From: Lama glama
Lineage: Eukaryota
DNA length: 64,000 nucleotides
NCBI GenBank assembly: GCA_028534125.1
Contig: CM052817.1
Location: 28,770,001 to 28,834,000 of the forward strand
Direction of reading: 5' to 3'
In this document: in pieces, positions 1 through 13,200 of the stretch
Position numbering within the stretch: the first letter of the stretch is position 1
Layout: the number at the start of each line of letters is the position of its first letter
Program-made: the position numbers and the translations under genes
The notes under the pieces: model-generated
The model's input: only the letters and a program-made list of their open reading frames with translations
Database searches by the model: none
What the model was told of the DNA's origin: nothing

Positions 1-559
1 ATCCAGGGTTGAGCCTGCTGTTGCTGTCAGATCATGAAGACTGGAAGTCATGAAGGAAATCTGAATGTGAACGAAAGCAAGGACAAACTGAAACCTGCAA
101 GGACAGACTGGGAACCACAAAGAATCCTGAAACTGTGTCGATCCTTCAAGCACTCTAACCTTGATCTTGTGGGTGACCTGCAGGTATAGCCAGCCCTTCG
201 CAGTCGCACACATATGCTTACAACCAGAGACGCTGAAGTTGGAGATCTGGCCAGAGCTGAAGGAGCTGTAGATTGGGATAATGCTACACCCCAAAATGTG
301 AGCCACTGTAACAGTGAGATGCCATACTCCCTGGTGCTCTGCATTATCATTCAGAGAGTTAAAAAGTGTGATTGTAGATTCACTTCCACTTTCCAAATCT
401 CATGCAAAATATGTCTTATGTTCAAGGCTAACTGTAAACTGAAAGGAAGTCTGGGAATTCTAGGTGAACACATCAAGCATAAAGCCACTACGTCTGCCTA
501 ATATGCAAACAGAAAGGGAAAGAACCAGGTAGAAAGAAAGGAAAGTAAAAATATCTGGA

Positions 560-1120
560 AGCAAAAAAGAGCATAAGAATTTTTAGGAAACAAAAGCAAC
601 AATGATTGGCTGATATTGGATAAGGTGGAGACTGGTCTTGATACTAGGTTGGAGATGTGGATAAGAAACTAATTATAGATGTCCTTATAGATCAGGATGT
701 GGTGTATAGATTCATTCCACATTCAATGGGAAATTATGGAACAGTTTTCACCAGAAAAGTAACTGACTTAACAATTGCATAGAGAATGTAAGGAGGATAT
801 CAATATTGGAAGCAGGGGTGTTCTGTAGTAATCCATGAGATATATGAGTGAGGAGAAATAGATTTTTTAAAATTGAATTCAGGAGTAGGATCCACAAGAG
901 TGCCTGAAAATTTAGATTTTTCCCCCCCAAATTGTATTCCTCTAAGGAAGAGAACCAGAATGGCTCATAGGGCTTCTGTTTTTAGTGACTGAATAAATAG
1001 CAAAGTCACTGATGAAGATGAAGAACACTGGAAGACTAGATTTTGAGGAGGAGGAGGAAAGGAAATCAAATGTAGCATTTTATACCTGCTAATTTTGAGA
1101 TGCTTTTTGAGACATCCGAG
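560..1120 (-). mobile_element. L2 LINE fragment (ancient)
   Basis: Purine-rich degenerate sequence resembling the antisense L2 3' region (e.g. ttttgagatgctttttgagacatccgagt). Boundaries are approximate. Confidence 0.6.
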
Positions 1121-1539
1121 TATGCAAGGGTTAAATAACTTGTTCTAAGTCAACAATATTTCTAATAATGGCATGACTGCTTTCCATTAACTCAAACTTA
1201 ACAGATATTCTGAAACACTTTGGGTCTTTGTTTATTCCTTCTCATTCTCCATTTTCAACAAGCTAAAATTTTTCCAATTATTTAAACAAGTATTTCACTG
1301 AGTACTTACTATGTTCTCAATATGAAGATGAATACAATTTAGCCTTTCTTTCATGGAGTGCCTAGTCTAGTAGCAGAGAAAGAGGGATGCTGATTTTAGA
1401 GTCAAATGGAAAGTGCTACATTAGCTGCGCAAGTTCTGTCTGATTGATGTCTATGTGTTACATTCCTTTCTTTCTTTGTCTTTCCATCCACCAATCCCCC
1501 AGTCCCATAGCTGAAGTCTTAATACCCTTGCATCTAGAC

Positions 1540-1728
1540 TGGGGATGGGGGAAAACTAAAGCCCACAGGCTGTTCAACTGTGTTTGTAAATAAAGTTTTA
1601 TTGGAACATAGCTATGCCTATTCATTAAAATACAGTCTATGACTGCTCTCATAAAGGCAGAGTGGAGTAGTTGTGGGCTGCAAGCCTGAAATTTTATCTG
1701 GCCCTTAAGAGACACTAGCAGATCCCTG
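1540..1728. mobile_element. MER58-like hAT-Charlie non-autonomous DNA transposon
   Basis: Core tttgtaaataaagttttattggaacatagc...gcagagtggagtagttg...tatctggccct, ending in ccctg. Flanked by 8-bp hAT-type TSD-like sequences atctagac (1532-1539) and atttagac (1729-1736). Confidence 0.8.
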
Positions 1729-2189
1729 ATTTAGACCAAAGCATTGTAATATTTTTTATGTGAGTTCCTTCTCTCCTCTTTCCCTCAATCCAATCCTTCT
1801 TATATATCACTGCTACATTAATATCTCAAAAGTTGTTATAATCCTCTCTTCAAAGAGACATGGTATACTTAAATAAATGTGAAAAAAACATTCTAAAAGT
1901 GCCTTTGAATATATCATACACTACTCATAATTCTTCAACAGCTCTCTACTGCCTTATGAATTAAATATGAACATCCATTCTGACATTCAAAAGCCTCCAT
2001 TATATGATCAAGACCTAATTGTTTAGGCTCATCTCCAATTACATCTAGTAGGGGTGCTTCAGCCAAATTGGTCTCCTTCCCATTTCTGTGATTTCTCCTC
2101 TCTGGGTCTTTACTCTTATGCCATTTCCTCTACAGAAATCCCCTCTTTCTGCCGTTCTCTTGGCTGTTTCAGTGATACACATCTGCATT

Positions 2190-2620
2190 TGTTAGGATAA
2201 TGTTACCTTCTAAAACAGACAAACTCTTAAATTCCTGGCTTAATACAATAAAAATAAATTTTTACCCACACAATAGTTCAGTGTTTGTGATCTTAGTCAT
2301 TAGTGTGAGGCAAAGTGTGGTGAGTATGGCACAAAGTCGTTCAAGATGGCCATCTTCAACACAAGTCTTCCAAGGTCAACACAGGCATCCATGACCAGCC
2401 AGCAGGCAGGGAAGAGACAGTAGAAAAGGGATATTGCTTCTGAAGCCCAAAGAAGTCACACACATTGCTTCTGTCTACATTTTATTGACGAGGTCCTACA
2501 TAATTTCAAGGGAGTCTGAGAAATATGGTTCCTGGTTAAGCATACTCCTCCACAACAAGTCTACATGATCAGTGGGGAGCATGAATCTTTGATGGACAGT
2601 TAGCAGTCTCTGCCAAAGCA
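2190..2620. mobile_element. old ERVL/MaLR-type solo LTR fragment
   Basis: Runs from tgttaggataatg...ggcttaatacaataaaa to gttagcagtctctgcca and resembles old MLT1/LTR33-class LTRs. Subfamily is uncertain. Confidence 0.5.
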
Positions 2621-3108
2621 CCTTTCACTGAACAACTCCATACTGACTTCCTACTCAGATAAGTTGTGTTCTTTATTTGATTTTTGTAGCATTTCATTTT
2701 TGTCTAGTATTAAGTTCTAACATGGTGTTTTGGGTATTTATTATATGTCTATTCATATTACTGTTTATTTACTTGATTTATCTTTTTGCTTCTCTGACAA
2801 TATCCTTTACTGACCTTACTTTCCTGACAATACTCTTTGTATCCATGGTGGTGATAAGTGAAAAACTCTTGTGTTGAATTTCATTTTGAATTTGTTGTTC
2901 AGGAAGTAATTTCTGTGAGCATCCAGCATTTTTTCCTGTCCCTGCACTACCAAGATTGATATTTGAGTGATGCAGGAGGAAATAGACTCAGTGAAATGCT
3001 TCCTGAGAGACAATACCCCTGAGGTGACATTGAGATTCACAGATAATCCCTGCTAGAAATGCAGAATAGTCTTCGAATGTGTGTGGCTATATAATGCTAG
3101 AAACTAAT

Positions 3109-3535
3109 TGTTATTGGCTTAATTGTGCTCCCCTTCCCCAAGCCAAAAAGAAGAGGTATGTTGAAGTCCTAGTCCTCAATGCTTCAGAATGTAAGCTTAT
3201 TGAGAAAGAGCATCTTCACATGGATAATCAAGTTAAAATGAGGTCATTGTTGTGGGCTCGATTCCAACATGACTGGTGTCCTTATTAAAAAAGGGAACAT
3301 TTAGACACAGAGGCAGATTCTCCAGAGGAAAGATGATGCAAAGACACACAGGGAGAATGAAGTGAAGATGAATCAGAATCTGGTGCTCTGCTGCCATGAG
3401 CCAGGGAACTCCTGGGTAGCAGATGCCGGAAGAGGCTTGGAAGGTCTTTCCTCTTGGGTTTCAGAGGGGGCGTGGCCCTGCTGACATCTTGATTTTGGAC
3501 ATCTAGTCTCCAGAACTGTGAGCCAATGAATTTTT
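3109..3535 (+). mobile_element. MLT1 (MaLR) solo LTR, MLT1B/C-like
   Basis: Typical motifs: tatgttgaagtccta, gttaaaatgaggtcat, atgactggtgtccttat, gtggccctgctgacatcttgattttggac...ctccagaactgtgag. Confidence 0.85.
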
Positions 3536-3559
3536 CTGCTCTCTGCACATCAGGCTTTT

Positions 3560-3820
3560 TCTCATTCTTTTCCATAGTCATTGTCAGTTCCTCAGAGAAG
3601 TCTTCCCTGATTAACAAATCTAAAGCATGACGATTGCCCACTCTCCCCCATCAAAATCTAGCTTAGCATATTTATTGTCTTTGTCCCTCCTTAAAATGTA
3701 ACCTATGGGGCAGGGTACTAGTCTCACTCATTTGTTGATTTAGGCCCTCTGTACACAGCACAGTGACTCATACATCATAGGGCCTCCATCAACAACTGGT
3801 GGATGAATGAATGAATGATC
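3560..3820 (+). mobile_element. L2 3' end
   Basis: cttagcat...cacagtgactcatacatcatagggcctccatc, ending in a (tgaa)n tail. Confidence 0.7.
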
Positions 3821-3904
3821 ATTCCTTTTGTTTTCTATAAAGTAAGAAAGTTATTCAAATAAATCTTTTCAAACTTTTTTCTGCTACATTTTGGATTTAA
3901 AATA

Positions 3905-4140
3905 CACAGATTCTGAAGCCAAACTTGCTGGATTCAAAATGCAGCCTTGGCATTTCATAGCTCCCACTCAGGGTAGGTTGAATAAGCTCATTGTTATTCA
4001 ACTTTCACATCTGTAAGATGGAGGTAATATCTATGCCTAAGGAACTGGATTGCTATTGTGACTGAATGAATTGTACACAAAGTATTTAGAACTACACCCA
4101 GCACATGGTAAATGCTCTATTTGTTGTTATTATTATTATT
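3905..4140 (+). mobile_element. MIR SINE
   Basis: ctggattcaaaat...catctgtaagatggaggtaata...tttagaactacacccagcacatggtaaatgctc followed by a (tta)n tail. Confidence 0.75.
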
Positions 4141-5457
4141 AAAAATATGCAAGGTACAGTTTACTTGCCATAGTTGAGAAAAAGAAATTAAAGCTATTTT
4201 TTTCTGCCTATAAAGACTACTACATAGCTAGGGAGACTGTATAGGTTAAGTTATTCAAATAAAACTCAACAAGTCAAAGCAAATGAGATAATGCAAATAT
4301 AAAATATTTGGGGTAATAATTATGATGACAATGACTATAATTCACGTGATTATGCATCGTATAGTTATCAGCACGTGAACGGTTCTGCTTGGGACTGATT
4401 TCACCATCTCTCATCATCTGAATTACAATGCTGTGTCCCAAGAAGCTTTATTTACAAGGGACTTCACTAGACTTTACAAATTAACTCCTGAAGTATTTCT
4501 AGGAAAAGTTCTTCAATGATGTGAAGAGACTCAGTGACTGGCAGAAATCTGCAAAATACAGGATGTCTCAGGTCTCTCACAGCAGGCACCCCCAAATTTG
4601 GGATCAGTATGCTGTTTATGCTCCTGAGTGCTCCTTCTCACAGAGGAATTGAGGCGAACTTTCAGTTCAGCTTTGCCATTAAAATCTCTTAATATTCAAA
4701 GCTTGTCTTCAGAATCTAGAGATCTTACTAGTACATCCCATTTTCAATAGCTACCAATCAAGAACAGCCAGACTCTCAAGCATCATGGATGGAAAAAAGC
4801 GTGGTATCTGAGCCCGTCTAGCCATCTGTGCTGGGCAGTTCCAAGCAACTATCCTGAAAAAATGGATTTAGCTTGCAAATTTATAAATTTGGTCATAAAT
4901 TCCCGGTGTTCGTTTAGTGTTCCTCCACTGGGCAGCAGAGATGCTAAGTGGTAATAAATTCAGATGTGCACATTTAGGTGATTATTATGAATTCCAAACA
5001 CCTGCGCCAAGAGTTGATCAGTATTCAATAATCCCAGTTATCCTCCAGCTGCCATACGATTGGTTTTATATGTAGGCTAGGAAAAGGTCATATATCTCAC
5101 CCTTTTCTCCCCACACAGGTCCTATCTCTGATTTTCAGGTCTTTCTATAATTGCTTCAATCAATGCTATAACACATTAAGTGCATATTTATGGAAAATCA
5201 ATTCAGAACGCTATAATTAGCAAGCACTGTAAGCCTGGAAATGTTGATGCAAAGCATTCAGCTCCAGGAAGGGATTTATCTATAATAAAATTTGTATAAA
5301 ATTGCCTGTGACATTTACCAATACTGACTTGGCTGATGCTTAAATCTTGGTTTTTAGTTTGTATATTTGATATAATACATATCATGGCTTTTATTTTATT
5401 TTCTCAAATGATGATAAAGCCATATTTGATGAAAATAGAATGTTGTCTCTGAATATG

Positions 5458-5957
5458 NNNNNNNNNNNNNNNNNNNNNNNNNNNNNNNNNNNNNNNNNNN
5501 NNNNNNNNNNNNNNNNNNNNNNNNNNNNNNNNNNNNNNNNNNNNNNNNNNNNNNNNNNNNNNNNNNNNNNNNNNNNNNNNNNNNNNNNNNNNNNNNNNNN
5601 NNNNNNNNNNNNNNNNNNNNNNNNNNNNNNNNNNNNNNNNNNNNNNNNNNNNNNNNNNNNNNNNNNNNNNNNNNNNNNNNNNNNNNNNNNNNNNNNNNNN
5701 NNNNNNNNNNNNNNNNNNNNNNNNNNNNNNNNNNNNNNNNNNNNNNNNNNNNNNNNNNNNNNNNNNNNNNNNNNNNNNNNNNNNNNNNNNNNNNNNNNNN
5801 NNNNNNNNNNNNNNNNNNNNNNNNNNNNNNNNNNNNNNNNNNNNNNNNNNNNNNNNNNNNNNNNNNNNNNNNNNNNNNNNNNNNNNNNNNNNNNNNNNNN
5901 NNNNNNNNNNNNNNNNNNNNNNNNNNNNNNNNNNNNNNNNNNNNNNNNNNNNNNNNN
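5458..5957. other. assembly gap (500 N)
   Basis: Run of exactly 500 N. The round length suggests a placeholder of unknown true size. Confidence 0.99.
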
Positions 5958-6949
5958 GGGAGCTGGAATGCATAGAAAACTCCTCATTTCTATTACAAAT
6001 CTTGTAGTACTAGTTGACCTTTAAAACCATATAATGCACTAGTCAATAAATCCAAAACCTAAATAAAATATTTAAAGGACACTAGCTTAGTTAATATTTT
6101 ATTCTTCTAGTGTTTGATTTCTAATTTTCTGTTTTGTTGGGTTTTTTAGAAGCAAGCTAATTTAGGTGCTTACCTTATGGAATTCTTTCTAGAGAGAAAA
6201 CAAAAAAGAAATGTGTGTTTTCCTTACTGTTCATTTTAGTTGTTATCTTCATACTATTCTGACCTTTGGTTTTGCTTGACTATTTTTTGCCTTTTCAGTA
6301 TCTTCCAAAACCTCAAAATATTTTATTGTTAAAAATCGATTCTTTTACCATTTTTGTTTTTCCTTTCAATTCAGAGTGTTTCTGTTTCTGTGAATCTAAT
6401 AATCACAAACGTAATTCACTCTTTTTCAAGTAGCTTCCTAATCCATCTCAAAGCTGCAAGGCATTCCAGTTTCAGTGGGTTTGTTTGCCACTTCAGCATC
6501 TGTACAGCATCTGAACCTGTCAATTCCTAATTTAACTGAGATTGAACTTGCTTTAATGTAGAAAATACAGTTGCCCCCAGGTTTAGGTACAATGAACTGA
6601 AGGGTAGAAACCAAGCTGCTGTCATATGGAACTGTCAGATGTATTATGTTGCTTTATTCTGGTTCTATTTTTTTACATAAATTCTGTATCTCAGGAAATA
6701 TCAAAAGTTATCAATATTTAGATTAATTTGCCATAAATCTAGTCACACAAGTTACCATAAGTCTGTTTCCTGAAAAAGGAAAAGTGTACTTTATATAGTT
6801 CCTAAGAATTTTAAGTTTTTTTCTAAAAATTAGAATTCCTTTCAAATTATGTATTATTGACAAAAACACAATGTAGAACATTTCAATAAAGAAGTAGTCT
6901 GTAAATATGGTGGTTTCAAATATTTTCCCATTAATTTATATATTATTTT

Positions 6950-7220
6950 CTACTAGCTGCACCACTTACAGGAAATTGCTTAACCTCTTTGTGCCTCCGT
7001 TTTTTCTTCTGTAAAATGAGGCTTAAAATACTACCAGTATTATAAAATTAAATAATTTAATAATAAAGCTAATAATTATGCAAATTTACCATGTGTCAGG
7101 CACAGCTTTAAGTCTCTTGTGTACAATTATTATTCAGTCCTCAAAACAACCCGTGCTAGAGTTACTCTTGTCAATATCTGAATTTTACAGATTAGGAACG
7201 TGATGCTGGGCAATTGAGAT
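6950..7220. mobile_element. two adjacent MIR fragments in opposite orientation
   Basis: cttaacctctttgtgcctccgt...ctgtaaaatgagg on +, followed by catgtgtcaggcacag...cctcaaaacaacccgtg...attttacagattaggaac on -. Confidence 0.65.
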
Positions 7221-8099
7221 AAGACAGAGTTGTCTGTGACCTACAACAGGCATGGTTTCTATTCTTAGGGAGCTTATACAGGACATAGAAGATGATCAAA
7301 CTCAAGTGTGATTTGCGTTCGGGCATGAGCACGTGACAGGAGCCAATACGAGGCTCCAATGGACCAGAGGGTGGAGAAAACCCCTTCAGGACAAAGCTCT
7401 CCCCGTTTGATGAAGTAGTAAAAGCTGAGCCCCATGAGAGTTCTGAAGATGACAGCGAGGGTGGTCTCGGGAGGTGTTTTTTGGCAGATGGGTATCAAAT
7501 GAGAGGGTTGGAGAGAAGGCTTCTTAGGATGAAGGGAGGAAAGTTGTAGCTATCCTATTTCTTTTTCTCTAGTATTATTCATAAGTGCCAATTTAGAAGG
7601 GGAGTCCAGCACTGGTCAAGGTTCGCACTGCGTCTCTCTGCCTGGACAGTCAGAGACACAGCAGAACAGAAAGCCTCTCCTCCTGCCCACCCGCCCCACC
7701 TCCTTTTGTCAATGAGCACATAAGAGATCACTGCAGTCCAGGCCCTGCTGGGAAATAGCAGGGAAGACTGCAGATACAGTGTGTACCCTTAGGGCCTTTA
7801 CATCGCTATGGGCCTAACAAAAGTGAAGGCTTCACTTCTGAAATTATCACTCTTCTCCAGGGGGGGAAAAAAAGAAAGTAAAATTCTAGAACAGGCAGAC
7901 TCAGGCTCAGTTCTCATTAACATTTCCTTTAATGGTAGGATTGGCCGATGAGCTCAGCCCTGAGCAACAGTGTAAATATTAAACAGAATGTATGAAGAAC
8001 TGTTAGGCAGAAAGTGATGTCTGGTTGTGGTCCAACTCTAACAACAAATCAAGATCACAAAATCATCAAATCAAAACATGAATCAACAGTGACTACTGT

Positions 8100-8320
8100 T
8101 GAGCAATGATGATATTGATGATAATGATATGTTGGTAAAAATAACAGAAAAATGATTAAGCACTTAAAACTTGTCAAGCAGTGTGCCAAGTTTTGTACAT
8201 ATAACATCTCATTCAACCCTCAAAACCTTTTGTACATGAGAAATGTGAGACTCAGAAGAGTTAAATGACTAGTCCAAAGTCACCCAGCAAGTAAAAATTG
8301 AGATTTAAATCCATACTTGT
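8100..8320 (-). mobile_element. MIR SINE
   Basis: atctcattcaaccctcaaaacc...atgagaaatgtgagactcagaagagttaaatgactagtccaaagtcacccagcaagt. Confidence 0.75.
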
Positions 8321-8669
8321 CATGATACTTTTTTTAGACGTCATTAAGCTAGGATAAATTAAGAATAGTTTGGATGAAATCTGATCACTAAGCAGGGAAT
8401 GGAGCAAATAGCTCTCAGTCTACCAATAAAATTGTTTTACTTTAGTATTTTATTCCTGATTATGTTATTTTAAGTAGTACACAGAGTTTAATAGAGAAAT
8501 AATATCATAACGTCTCTCAACTGTGGGGTACCCTCTGTGTTTATCCAGAGATTCTGACTCATCAGTTCTACCCAAAGCATACCATAATGCCCTAAGGATT
8601 CTAGGCTTTGATTTTACACACAGTTCATCACCTTTATTACAATGACTTCCTGTACCAGTCAAGGTCATG

Positions 8670-9200
8670 GCAGGAAAACAGCACTCACAGATGCTGACGG
8701 AGCAGAAGTTAAGGAAGGACAAAGGGTGAGTGGGGGTAAAGGGGACACGACAAGAGATGCTAAAGCACCGTTGGGCTAGGAATACACAGGAATCTTTACT
8801 GTGTCTCCAGATCTGAAGAACACAACTATCCCAACCTGGAAAGAGTGACTCCAGCTGAGCTGAGAGCTGTCCAGCAGGGGCTCTGGCCCCAGATCCAGGA
8901 ACTCAGCCACTGCCACCTGCAACCATGAAAGAGGGAGCCCAGGGAATCGATACCCCAGCCTCATTATTCTCCTGTGCTCCCGATATCCTGTGGTGCCTCC
9001 CACTGCCTGAACCCTATCTGAAGCTAGAGCGCAAGTGAGCATGATTGATGCAGTACAGAAAGGGCAGCCTCCAGGAGTCTGCAGAGTGAGGTACACGTAG
9101 GAGTCCACGTAGGTTCCACGGTTTCTGACTATCCCGTGGACAGTGGTTGGGAACTGACTCACAAAAAGGGATGGAGAAGAGGAAGATGAGGAGTTCAATT
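8670..9200. mobile_element. old ERVL-type LTR fragment (LTR16/LTR33-class)
   Basis: GC-richer block containing cctcccactg...tgaagctagag...gattgatgcagt...ggcagcctcc. Subfamily is uncertain. Confidence 0.45.
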
Positions 9201-9333
9201 TGAAACCAAGTGTATCACTTTAAAACAAGTTCTGTTTTGGAAGAAATATTTATTTCTTCCCATCCCTTTTAGAGGTTTTAATAACTGTGAGTTGATTGTA
9301 TTAAATTCTTATGTATGAAAACATGTACTTTTG

Positions 9334-9376
9334 AAGCTATACAAAGCTATACAAAGCTATACAAAGCTATACAAAG
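9334..9376 (+). repeat. perfect 10-bp tandem repeat (AAGCTATACA)x4
   Basis: Four exact copies plus a partial AAG, read directly from the sequence. Confidence 0.95.
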
Positions 9377-10389
9377 ATAAAAAGCAATCACTCTTCTCCA
9401 CCTAGGATACTGTGTTTAAATTTGCCTGAAATATAAACACTGGTAAGTATGTATGTCTACATAGAAGATGAGTTGAAAGGACCAGATCTTTTAGAAGATA
9501 ATGAAGAAACAAAATAAAACAAAGAAAAATGAAAATATAGTTAAATAGCTATGCAGGAGGGTGGATATATATTTACCATCTCTTGTTTCTATAAGAGGAA
9601 AGAAATTTCCATTACACTCTTAAGAGAAATCCTCTACACCTCTTTTTTCATATCTTCTCACTCTTTCCCAGGGAAGGAAGAGTGGTATCTGGCAGGTGAA
9701 TGATTCTAGAGTCTCTCCCTTTTTCCCTTTCTCTTTCTTTCCATTGTCCTCTTCATGATACACAAGAGTTCTGTAGATTGAGTTTATCAGAATAGAATCT
9801 GACCCTACAGGTTGCTGTTGGGGAGGTGGAAGGGGATTTGATGGGATGGAGTGGGCCTATAGTTATGGGTGAGTAAACTTAATTCATGGAACACTATGAG
9901 GAAGACCAGTTGTGACCTGGATTTAAGTTGTATTCTCTGATTCAGAGTAACCCATAGCAAAGCAAACATTTTGATCTCCATCTGTCTAGTACATATATCA
10001 TTTTAGCTGGTTTGCAATTTTGGAGGAAAAGAAAAGGCATGGTCTCCATTACTCTGCCCTGTAAAGAAGCCCAGCCACTACTATCTTGAAGAATTAAATA
10101 ATATAAGAAATCTTCCTTTCCTGATTCTCTGTTTAACCCTGAGCATATCACACTTTGTAAGACCTTTAATCTGCCCACTCAGTTTGAGTAGGCACATCAT
10201 AAGACCGAGATGACTCATTAAATAAATCTCAGGTGTTGGAGGGGAGAAGCACTGCTGAGATATTATGCAGAAACCAATGAAACAGCTGAGGTCCACATTT
10301 CACAGTTTTCAGTCGTGTGTACACAACACCCAGATCTGCTTCCGTCACTCTTCCTTTTCCAAACATCTCATTCAAAATAACACAAACAA

Positions 10390-10930
10390 CAAAACAGAAA
10401 CCCTCCAATATCTTCCATTGCTCTCAAGATGAAGTCTGAAATCTCAGACAAGATCAGAGTTCTGATCTCTTCTTCTTCTCACAATTCATCTAATACTATA
10501 ATCTTCCCCACTCTCCAGATTCTCTATTCTTCAAACCCAACATGCTCCCTCCTGCCACAGAACCTTTGTGTATGCCGTTAGCTCTACTTGGAATGTTCTC
10601 CCCATTCTTATCCTAGTTAACTGCTATTCATGTTCCTTATTTTAGTTTAAGCTTCTCTTCTTCAGGAAAGTTTCCTTGATCTTCTAGCTTAGGTTATTGA
10701 TATTGTCATACACTCTCATGGTTTCAGCTGCTCTCATTCTCTGCCTTTCTGTCTCTCTTGACTTATCCCAGTAGTGATGTTTTATTTATTGATGGGATTA
10801 TTTGACTGATGAACTATTTCAATCCAATCTGTAGTTTCATGAAGGTAAAGCCCATGTGTAATCTGGCCACCTATCATTTAAAATAGAATAGCAGGGTCTT
10901 AATAATTATGTGTTGAATTAATAAATAAAA
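10390..10930 (+). mobile_element. L2 3' fragment
   Basis: cttccattgctctcaagatgaagtc...cctgccacagaacctttgtgtatgc...ttcaggaaagtttcc...aataattatgtgttgaattaataaat. Confidence 0.7.
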
Positions 10931-11734
10931 TAATGAACGCAAATTAATTAAAAAAAGATCACCCCTGAGTTAATATATCATCTGTATAAATGCAGTTAAT
11001 GATTCAATAGATTATATGGATCTTAGTAGATAAGATCTTAGTGTATCTCAAGAAAATATGCCATATTGAAAAAATAAATTGATTTCTACATTAGATTTTA
11101 GTAGTTAGTTTTTGTTTCTTGAGAAATAAGTTTATTTCATTTTAGTGGCATAGAGTTCTTTAAAAAATTGTCTCTGCTGTGATACAGTGAAATTATTTTT
11201 CTTAATCACATGATTATGCCATTTTTAAAATCTATATAACTCATATAAATGGTAGCAGTATTACATATTATCTTAACTATTGAGATACTCCAGTGAATTT
11301 TGTAAAATTATATGTTGATCCTAAAATAGATGTTGCACATTCGTGTCTTGTATTAGCTTTGATAAAAGCAAACCATAAAATGCTTGGAAGCAGAACAGGA
11401 GAAGCTGATTGCTTTGTGGAGAAAAAAAAAGAGCACTTGGGTTCTAGTTCATTCCACAGATCATGAGTCATGTGCAGGAGTAAATTTAAACAACCTGAAC
11501 ATCTGTGTGACTGAGGGAAATACGCTCTGCTCTGTCCTTTTCACTGGGGAGGATTACAAAAATAATGTGGTCTCATGTCTTGGAAAAATCTAAAGTATGA
11601 TTCAAATCCAAGATGATCATAGCCAATCCTTATGCTGTGGAATTTCAGAGAGGATTTTGATGTTGTTGTGGACTCTGAAGCTACATCCTACTCTTCCAAA
11701 GCCTAGAAACGTTGGGATTAAGAACAAAGCCTCA

Positions 11735-12790
11735 GTGTTCATAGGCAGCAACTCCTTCATATCAGTCTTGGCATTGATTTTTTTTTTTAATCTGATACCA
11801 AAAGCAACAAGTGCAGAAATAAACAAGTGGGACTGCATCAAAATTAAAAAGCTTCTGTGCAGCAAAGACAACCGTCCACAAAATGAAAATACAACCTACA
11901 AATCGGGAGAAATTATTTGCAAATCATGTATCTGAGAAGTGGCTAATATCAAAAAATATATAAAGAATTCAAACAACTCAATAGAAAAAAAAATGCCCGA
12001 TTTTAAAATAGGCAGAAGATCTGAATAGACAGTTTTCCAAAGAAGACATACAAATGGCCCATAGGTACATGAAAAGATGCTCTGCATCATTAACTATCAG
12101 AGAAATGAAAATCAAAACTACAATGAGATATCACCTCACTCCTGTTAAGAGTGGCTATTATCAAAAAGACAATAATAACAAATGTTGGCAAGGAGGTGGG
12201 AGAAAGGGAACCCTTATGCACTGTTGATGGGAATATAAATTGGTGCAGCCACTATGGAAAGCAGCATTGACATCCCTCAAAAAATTAAAAAATGAACTAC
12301 CATATGATCCAGCAATTCTACTTCTGGGTATTTATCCAAAGAAAATGAAAATATTAACTTGAAAAAAATATACGCACCCCCATATTCATTGCAGCATTAT
12401 TTACAATAGCCAAGACATGAAAACAACCTGTGTCCACTAAGCATCCATCAATGCATGAATGGATAAAGAAGATATGATATATATACACATACACACACAC
12501 ACAATGAAATATTCATCAGCCATAAAAAAGAATGAAATCTTGCCATTTGCAACAACATGGAGAGAACTTGAGGGCATTATGCTTAGTGCAATAAGATGGT
12601 TAAAGACAAATACAGTATGATCTCTCTTATACGTGGAATCTAAAAGCAAAAAAATAAAACAAACAAACAAACAAACAAAAAACAAGCCCATAGATACAGA
12701 AAACAGACTGGTGGTTGCCAGAGGTAGGGGACTGGGAGCTGAAGAAATGAGTAAACATTTTTTTTAAGCTTAAATAAATTAAAAAATTTT
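11735..12790 (+). mobile_element. L1 3' portion (ORF2 C-terminus + 3'UTR), L1MA-like
   Basis: Degenerate ORF2 peptide (AEINKWDCIKIKK.LCSK), ccatatgatccagcaattctacttctgggtatttatcc, gaaatcttgccatttgcaacaacatgg and an A-rich tail. Multiple stops and frameshifts. Confidence 0.95.
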
Positions 12791-13004
12791 TAAGTATGCT
12801 TGGGATATTAAATATTTAAAGTATTTGGGCTTCTTATATGCTACTTTCGGAAGCAGGCCCTTGGTCCTCAATCTTTCAGCTAACATGTGTTTAACAGCTC
12901 CTATATTCTCAGCAATGTGTTAAGCTGATTCAGCTAAGTAAACACGTGAACAGTAATAAATATGAGTTAAAAAAAACAAAACAAAAACAGAACACACCAC
13001 AACA

Positions 13005-13200
13005 TTTCAAGTCAGAAGTCTGGCCATAAATTCCAGCTTCCTCACTTGCTGTGTGTGCACATGCAAGTTACTTCATCTCTCTCCGCCTGTTTCCTCAGTA
13101 ATGTGAAGGCAATAGTGGCGTATGTCACATAGTGTTATCATGCGGATGAAATGAGGTAGCGTATGAGAAGTCTGAAGAACAGTGCCTACCACAGTTATTC
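13005..13200 (+). mobile_element. MIR SINE
   Basis: gtcagaagtctggccataaattccagct...caagttacttcatctctctccgcctgtttcctca...aacagtgcct. Confidence 0.7.

Noticed and set aside
5391..6024. Three long ORFs (189-198 aa) in the ORF track
   Set aside because: They are artefacts of translating through the 500-N gap.
8776..9198. 140-aa minus-strand ORF
   Set aside because: It lies in an LTR-like repeat, has a non-ATG start and shows no recognisable domain.
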